Below the pieces are notes generated by a model. It made no database searches and was not told the origin of the DNA. It worked only from the letters and a program-made list of their open reading frames with translations. Made by a program: the position numbers and the translations under genes. From Bacteroidota bacterium (GTDB taxonomy: Bacteria > Bacteroidota > Bacteroidia > Bacteroidales > FEN-979), in the NCBI GenBank assembly GCA_026391715.1, contig JAPLDO010000078.1, forward strand, positions 60,214-124,213: a DNA stretch of 64,000 nucleotides, written 5' to 3'. The first letter of the stretch is position 1. Each line of letters starts with the position of its first letter. This document shows, piece by piece, positions 37,401-46,400 of this stretch.

Positions 37401-40400
37401 TAACCGCGCCGGGTTGATAATTGAGTGATGTAGCGCCAGCGATGTTACCGAAAGTGATGTTATCAAGTGAACTCTGCCATTGATACGTTGGCGATGTTCC
37501 ATTTGAAGGACCAACTCCGATGAGTTGCGCCGGAATCGTTCCTGCACAGACTGACTGATTTGCTGAAATAGAACCAACAACCAGGTCTGGGTTAACGGTG
37601 ATGACGACAACATTTGTTGGCAAAGGTCCGCCGCATACCCCAGACGCATTCTGCATCTGACGGAAGTACATTGTTACGATTAATGCGCCTGGTTGGTAAT
37701 TAAGACTTGTCTCGCCAGGGATATCCGTAAATGTGATATTGTCGGTTGAATTCTGCCACTGATAAGTTGGAGAGGTTCCGTTTGTCGGGGCAATACCGTT
37801 AAGCTGTGCAGGTATTGAACCTGTGCAAACTGCCTGGTTTGCGCTGATTGATCCGACTACAAGTAGAGGATTCACCGTTATTGTAACAACATTGGTTGGC
37901 AACGGACCGCCGCAAGCGCCAAACGCATTCTGCGTCTGTCTGAAATATGTGATACTTGTCAACGCGCCGGGCTGATAATTAAGTAATGTTGCCCCGCTGA
38001 TGTTCGTAAATGTACTGTTATCAAGTGAACTCTGCCACTGATATGTTGGGAATGTTCCATTTGAAGGACCAACTCCGGTAAGCTGCGCCGGAATCGCTCC
38101 CGCACAGATTGTCTGATTTGCAGAAATTGAGCCAACTACAAGGGCGGGGTTCATTGAAATTGTCACTACATTGGTTGTCAAAGGACCGCCACAAGCGCCA
38201 GACGCATTCTGAATCTGACGGAAATAGGTTATAGCAGTAACCGCGCCGGGCTGATAATTGAGTGACGTAGCGCCAATGATGTTAGTAAATGTGCTGTTAT
38301 CAAGCGAACTCTGCCATTGATATGTTGGCGACGTTCCAGTGGAAGGTGGAATACCGGTAAGTTGTGCCGGAATTGAACCGCTACAAATTGACTGGTTGGC
38401 TGCAATCGAACCAACTATCAATGCCGGATCAACGCCAACGGTGATTGTCACAACATTAGTTGGTAATGGACCGCCGCAAGTTCCGGATGCATCCTGCATC
38501 TGCCGGAAATAGGTAACGCCGGTTATAGAGCCAGGTTGATATGTTTGTACTGTCGCGCCAAAAATATTCGTAAATGTCACATTATCAAGTGAACTCTGCC
38601 ATTGATAGGTTTGCGAAGTTCCGTTGGCTGGCGGTATCGAGTTTAATAGCGCTGGTATTCCCCCGGAACAGATTGACTGGTTGGCGCTAACTGAACCTAC
38701 AACAAGCTGAGGAGTAATTGAAATTGTAACTACATTGGTTGGCAACGGACCGCCGCATGTGCCAGACGCATCCTGCGTCTGCCTGAAATAGGTGACGGCA
38801 GTCATAGCGCCAGGCTGGTAATTTAATGTTGTAGCGCCAGCGATGTTCGTAAATGTACTGTTATCAAGCGAACTTTGCCATTGGTAAGTAGGAGCGGTTC
38901 CATTTGAAGGTGGAATTCCGGTCAGTTGCGCCGGGATTGAACCGCTGCAAATTGACTGGTTTACGCCAATTGACCCGACAATAAGCAATGGATCAGCGTT
39001 AACCGTGATAGTTGCAACGTTTGTTGGCAGCGGACCGCCACAAGTACCTGATGCATCCTGCATCTGACGGTATTTGGTTGTCACCGTCAAAGCGCCGGGC
39101 TGGTATATCAGCGCAGTTGCGCCACCGATATTGGTATATGTAACATTATCAAGAGAACTCTGCCATTGATAAGTAGGAGAAGTTCCGTTAGAAGGTGGCA
39201 GGGCGTTGAGCGGCGAAGGTGTTTCTCCATTACAGATGTTCTGATCAGCGCTTGCTGAACCGACTACAAGCAGAGGCGTTATCGAAATTGTGATTACATT
39301 GGTTGGTAACGGACCGCCGCAAGCGCCAGACGCATCCTGCGTCTGCCTGAAATAGGTGGTGACAATCACCGCGCCGGGTTGATAATTGAGTGTAGTTGCG
39401 CCGGCGATATTTGTAAATGTGCTGTTATCAAGCGAACTCTGCCATTGATAAGTCGGCGAAGTTCCATTCGACGGGGCGACTGCGGTGAGTTGGGCGGGAA
39501 TAGCTCCTTCACAAATTATTTGGCTTGTTCCAATCGAGCCAACAATCAAATCAGGATTCATGGAAATGGTAACAACATTCGTTGGCAGCGGACCGCCGGA
39601 AGCGCCAGAGGCATTCTGCATCTGACGGAAATAGGTAATTACATTAACCGCGCCGGGCTGATAATTTAGTGAAGTCGCGCCCGTGATGTTAGTGAATGTG
39701 CTGTTATCGAGCGAACTTTGCCATTGATAAGTTGGAGCGGTTCCGTTGTAAGGACCAATTCCAACGAGTTGCGATGGAACCTGCCCCGCACAAATACTCT
39801 GGTTAGCGCTGATAGAGCCAACAAGCAGAGCCGGGTTTACCGTTATTGTAACAACGTTGGTAGGCAGCGGACCCGCACAAGTGCCAAGGGCATTCTGCAA
39901 CAGACGGAAGTAAGTTGTTGAAGTTAGCGCATCTGGTTGATAATTCAGGCTTATTGCGCCACTGATGTCAGTAAATGTGATATTATCCGTTGAAATTTGC
40001 CATTGGTAGCTTGGCGATGTTCCATTCAACGGGGCAATGCCGGTGAGCATAGCCGGTATCGAGCCTGAACCGATCGTCTGATTGGATCCAATGGAACCAA
40101 CTATCAGATCCGGGTTTATGGTAATGGTAACCGTGTTGGTTGGCAACGGGCCTAAGCAAGTTCCTGTGGCATTTTGCAATTGCCTGAAATATGTAGTGAA
40201 ACTAAGTAAATTCGGCTGATAATTCAACATGGTTGCGCCATTGATGTTAGCAAAGTTCAAATTGTCGAGAGAACTCTGCCACTGGTAAGTTGGAGCAGTT
40301 CCGTTTGCAGGCGCAACTCCATTGAGCTGCCCTGGTTTTGTTAACATACATATCGTCTGGTCAGCGGCAATTGAACCAACAATTAAATCAGGATTCAGAG

Positions 40401-43400
40401 AAATAGTCACAACATTTGTTGGCAACGGACCGCCGCAAGCGCCAGACGCGTCCTGCATCTGACGGAAATAGGTGACAGCAGTCACCGCGCCGGGCTGATA
40501 ATTCAGCGAAGTTGCGCCATTGATGTTAATAAAGGTAACATTATCAAGCGAACTCTGCCATTGGTAAGTAGGAGCAGTTCCGGTGGAAGGTGGAATTCCG
40601 GTCAGTTGCGCTGGAACAGAACCGCTACAAATTGACTGGTTTACGCCAATTGAACCGACAATCAGCAACGGATCAGCGTTAACGGTGATGGTTACAACGT
40701 TTGTTGGCAACGGACCGCCGCAAACGCCGGTTGCATTCTGCATCTGACGGTATTTGGTTGTCACCGTCAAAGCGCCTGGTTGGTAATTGAGTAAAGTGGC
40801 GCCTGCGACATTTGTAAATGTAATATTGTCGAGCGAACTCTGCCATTGATAAGTTGGCGATGTTCCATTCGACGGGGCTACTCCGATAAGCTGGGCTGGC
40901 AATGTTCCAGCACAAATTGTCTGATCGGCGCTGATGGAGCCAACAGCAAGCGCTGGATCAACCACAACAGTCGCGAATCCTTCGCCAAAATTCGAACATG
41001 AAGTTGCATCTGTTACAACAGTTACTGTATAAGTTTTAGTAGATGCAGGGCTGACGCTGAAAGTATATGGACTTGCAGTTATACCAATCACTGTTACCAG
41101 GGTTGTACCATCCCAATAGTTGATATCCCAGGGCTGAACGCCAGTAAGAGCAACGCTCAAAACTGCGGATGATCCACTACAAATTGTAGCGTCTCCACTC
41201 ATAATAGCTGTCGGTTTTGGTTTAACCGTTACAACGGCTGAGCCGGAGCCAACATTCGAACACGTAGTTGCATCGGATACCACCACAATTGTGTAGGTCA
41301 TTGTACTTTCCGGGTAAACAGTTATATTATATATTGGATCAGTGATTCCATATTTAGGGATTAAATCAACCCCATTGGAATATGTAAAATCCCAGGGCGG
41401 TGTGCCAGTGAAGGCAACGGTGAGAAGAGCGCCGAAATCTTTACAAATTACAGCGGATCCGCTAATCGTTGCAGTTGGCAAAGCATTTACGGTAATAGTT
41501 ACAACGTTTGTTGGCAACGGACCGCCGCAGGTACCGGAGGCATTCTGCATCTGACGAAAATAGGTGATAGCAGTTGCCGCGTCGGGCTGATAATTCAGCG
41601 ACGTTGCGCCGGCGATGTTGCTAAATGTGACATTATCCATCGAACTCTGCCATTGATAAGTCGGCGATGTTCCATTCGACGGGGCTACTCCGATGAGCTG
41701 GGCTGGCAATGTTCCAGCGCAAATTGTCTGATTGGGGCTGATTGAGCCGACAGCAAGATTCGGATCAACCACAACAGTTGCGCTGCCTTCGCCTAAATTC
41801 GGACATTTTGTATCCGTCACACTTGTAACTGTATAAGTCGTGGTGGATGTCGGGCTGACGCTGAAAGTATATGGACTTGCAGTTATTCCTGTCACTGTTA
41901 CCGGAGTTGTGCCATCTGAGTAGGTGATATCCCATGGCAACGCCCCGGTCAGGGCAACGCTCAGAACTGCTGATGACCCGGCACAAATTGTAGCGTCTCC
42001 ACTGATAATAGCTGTCGGTTTTTCATTAACCGTTACAACTGCTGAGCCGGAGCCAATATTCGAACATAAAGTTGCATCGGAAACATCGGTGACAGTGTAG
42101 GTCATTGAACTTAGCGGCCAAACATTTAAATTATATAATGGATCTGTGACGCCATAAAGGGTGATAAGATTAACGCCATCGGAATATGTAAAATCCCACG
42201 GCGCAACGCCCGTTAAGGCAACAGTGAGAGGAGCTCCGAAACCTTTGCAAATTACAGCGGATCCGCTAATCGTTGCAGTCGGCAAAGCATTTACGGTAAT
42301 AGTTACAACATTTGTTGGCAAAGGACCGCCGCAAACGCCGGTTGCATTCTGCATCTGACGGAAATAGGTGACGCCGGTCAAAGCGCCTGGCTGATAATTG
42401 AGCGCTGTCGAGCCTGCGATGTTGCTAAATGTGATGTTATCAAGCGAACTCTGCCATTGATAAGTCGGCGATGTTCCATTCGATGGGGCTACTCCGATGA
42501 GCTGGCCTGGCAATGTTCCCTCACAAATTGTCTGATCGGCGCTGATTGAGCCTACAGCAAGCGTTGGATCAACCACAACAGTCGCGCTGCCTTCGCCTAA
42601 ATTCGGACAATTTGCATCCGTCACACTTGTAACCGTATAAGTTGTTGCGGCTGTCGGGCTGACGCTGAAAGTATATGGACTTGCAGTTATTCCCGTTACG
42701 GTTACCGGAGTTGTGCCATCTGTGTAGGTGATACCCCATGGCAACGTACCGGTCAGAGCGACACTCAAAACTGTAGATAATCCGGCACAAATTGTCGCGT
42801 CTCCACTTATAGTCGCTGTCGGTCTTTCATTAACCGTTACAACGGCTGAACCGGCGCCAACATTCGAACACATAGTCGCATCAGAAACATCGGTGACAGT
42901 GTAGGTCATTGAACTTAGCGGCCAAACATTTAAATTATATGATGGATCTGTGACTCCATAAAGGGTGATAAGATTAACGCCATCGGAATATGTAAAATCC
43001 CACGGTGCAACGCCCGTTAAAGCAACAGTGAGAGGAGCGCCGAAACCTTTGCAAATTACAGCGGATCCGCTAATCGTTGCCGTCGGCAAAGCATTTACGG
43101 TAATAGTTACAACGTTTGTTGGCAGCGGACCGCCGCAAGTTCCGGTTGCATCCTGCATCTGACGGAAATAAGTAACGCCGGTCGCAACGCCGGGCGAATA
43201 ATTGAGTGAAGTGGCGCCTGCGATGTTTCCAAATGTAATGTTATCGAGCGAACTCTGCCATTGATAAGATGGCGATGTTCCATTCGACGGGGCTACTCCG
43301 ATGAGCTGCCCTGGCAATGTTCCCGCACAAATTGTCTGATCGGCAGAAATAGACCCAACAATCAATTCCGGATCAACGCTAACGGATATTGTAACTATAT

Positions 43401-46400
43401 TTGTTGGCAACGGTCCGCCGCAAGTACCAGAGGCATTCTGCATCTGACGGAAATAGTTGATGCCGGTCAAACCGCCTGGTTGATAATTAAGTGTAGTTGC
43501 GCCGGTTATGTTCGTAAATGTAATGTTGTCAAGCGAACTCTGCCATTGATAAGTTGGCGATGTTCCATTCGACGGGGCGACTCCGATGAGCTGGCCTGGC
43601 AATGTGCCAGCACAAATTGTCTGATCGGCGCTGATTGAGCCGACAGCAAGATTCGGATCAACCACAACAGTTGCGCTGCCTTCGCCTAAATTCGGGCATT
43701 TGGTATCTACAACGCTTGTCACCGTATAGGTGGCGGTTGAAGTCGGGCTGACGCTGAAAGTATATGGACTTGCAGTTATTCCTGTCACTGTCACCGGAGT
43801 TGTACCATCTGTGTAGGTGATATCCCATGGCAACGCCCCGGTCAGGGCAACGCTCAGAACTGCTGATGACCCGGCACAAATTGTAGCGTCGCCACTGATA
43901 ATAGCTGTTGGTTTTGGATTTACCGTTACAACGGCTGAGCCTGTGCCAACATTCGAACATAAAGTTGCATCGGAAACTACTGTAACTGTGTATGTCAATG
44001 AACTGTCAAGCGGTAGGACGCTAAAATTATATGGATTTTCATTGATTCCTGTAACGGGGTAAAACATAACGCCATCGTAAAGCGTGAAATTCCACGGCGC
44101 AGAGCCAGTGAAAGCAATGCTTAAAGGACTTCCAAATCCTTTACAAATTGTAGCGGTTCCACTTATCGTTGCTGTTGGCAAAGCATTTACCGTAATAGTT
44201 ACAACGTTTGTTGGCAACGGACCGCCGCAAACGCCGGTTGCATTCTGCATCTGACGGAAATAGGTGACGCCGGTCACACCGGCGGGTTGATAATTGAGTG
44301 AAGTGGCGCCGGCGATGTTGCTAAATGTGATGTTGTCAAGCGAACTCTGCCATTGATAAGTCGGCGATGTTCCATTCCACGGAGCTACTCCGATGAGCGG
44401 ATCTGGCAACGTTCCCATACAAATTGTCTGATCGGCGCTAATTGAGCCAGCCTCAAGAGCCTGGTCAACCACAACGGTTGCGCTGCCTTCGCCTAAATTC
44501 GGACATTTTGTATCCACCACGCTTGTCACAGTATAAGTAACGGTTGACGTCGGGCTGACGCTGAAAGTATATGGGCTGACAGTTATACCAGATACTGTTA
44601 CCGGAGTTGTACCATCGCTATAGGTAATTTCCCACGGTTGCGCGCCTGTAAGAGCGACACTCAAAACTGCCGATGATCCATTACAAATTGTAGCGTCTCC
44701 ACTGATAATTGCTGTCGGCTTTTCATTAACCGTTACAACGGCTGAGCCGGAGCCAACATTCGAACATAAAGTTGCATCGGAAACTACTGTCACTGTGTAT
44801 GTCAATGAACCGTCAAGCGGTAAGACGCTAAAATTATATGGATTTTCAAGATTACCTGTGACGGGGTAAAACATTACGCCATCGTAAACTGTGAAATTCC
44901 ACGGCGCAGTACCGGTAAAAGCGATGCTCAGAGGAGCTCCAAATCCTTTACAAATTGTAGTAGTTCCACTAATTGTTGCAGTCGGTAAAGGATCTACCGT
45001 AATCGCAACCACATTGGTCGCTTTCGGTCCATCACATGTACCTGATGCATTCTGCAACTGACGGAAATAAGTTGTAACGGTCAGAAAGCCTGGCTGATAA
45101 TTCAGCAAAGTTGCGCCGGCGATGTTACCGAAGGTAATATTATCAGGCGAACTCTGCCATTGATATGTCGGCTCTGATCCGCTTGCCGGGGCAACTCCGT
45201 TGAGTTGCACAGGAATTGTTCCCGCACAAATGGTCTGATTGTCGCTTATCGAACCAACGGCAAGCAGCGGATTTACGGAAACTACAACACTATCGCTTTT
45301 GAAACAACCTGTAGCGGTAATAGTTTCAACGACGATAAATTTTGTTGTCGCCAGTGGCGCTACTATTGGATTTGCTTGTGTTGAAGTAAATCCTGCCGGG
45401 TTAGAAATCCAACTGTAAGTATTTCCGGCTACCGGCTCAGATCCAATTTGTGTACTTTCTCCAAGACAGATAGCGCGGTTTGCGCCTGCAACTGCGGCAG
45501 GTAATGGATTAACCGTTACAACAGCGCTGCCAAAAATAAAACCTGGGCAGATGGTGGCGTCTATTACACTGGTAACTGTATATGTCGTCGTAATTTCAGG
45601 GCTAACATTTAAAGTGTATGGCGAATGTGTTATGCCACCCACTGTTATCGTGGTAGTTCCATTGGTTATATCAATAGTCCAGGGTTGAGAACCTGTAAGA
45701 TCAACAATCAACGTGGACTCCGAACCATCACAAATTGTATTATCGCCGCTTATTGTAGCCGTAGGTCTTGGAATCACCGTAATCACAGCCGCGCCGGCGC
45801 CAACATTCGAACACAAATTTGCATCGGAAACTACTGGGATTGTATAGGTCAATGAACTGTCGAGGGGTAAGACTATAGTATTATATGGATTTTCAATGAT
45901 TCCTGTGACGGGGTAGAACATCACGCCATCGTAAAGCGTGAAATTCCACGGCGCAGCGCCGGTGAAAGCAATGCTGATAGGAGCGCCAAATCCTTTGCAA
46001 ATTGAAGCGGAGCCGCTTATCGTTGCAGTGGGTAAAGGATTTACAGTAATTGTCACTACGTTGGTTGGTTTAGGTCCATCACAAATTCCAGATGCATTCT
46101 GCATTTGCCGGAAATAGGTAGTGACAATCACACTTCCGGGCAGATAATTGAGTGAAGTTGCGCCGGCGATATTGTTAAATGTGATGTTATCGAGCGAACT
46201 CTGCCATTGATACGTAGGCGATGTTCCATTTGTTGGCGCAACACCGTTGAGTTGCACAGGTAAGGTACCGGTACAAAAGGACTGATCGGCGCTAATCGAA
46301 CCTACAATAAGATTTGGCATTACAGTAATGGTTACGACGTTTGTTGGCAGCGGCCCCCCACAAGTACTACTGGCGTTCTGTTGCAATCTGAACCAGGTAG

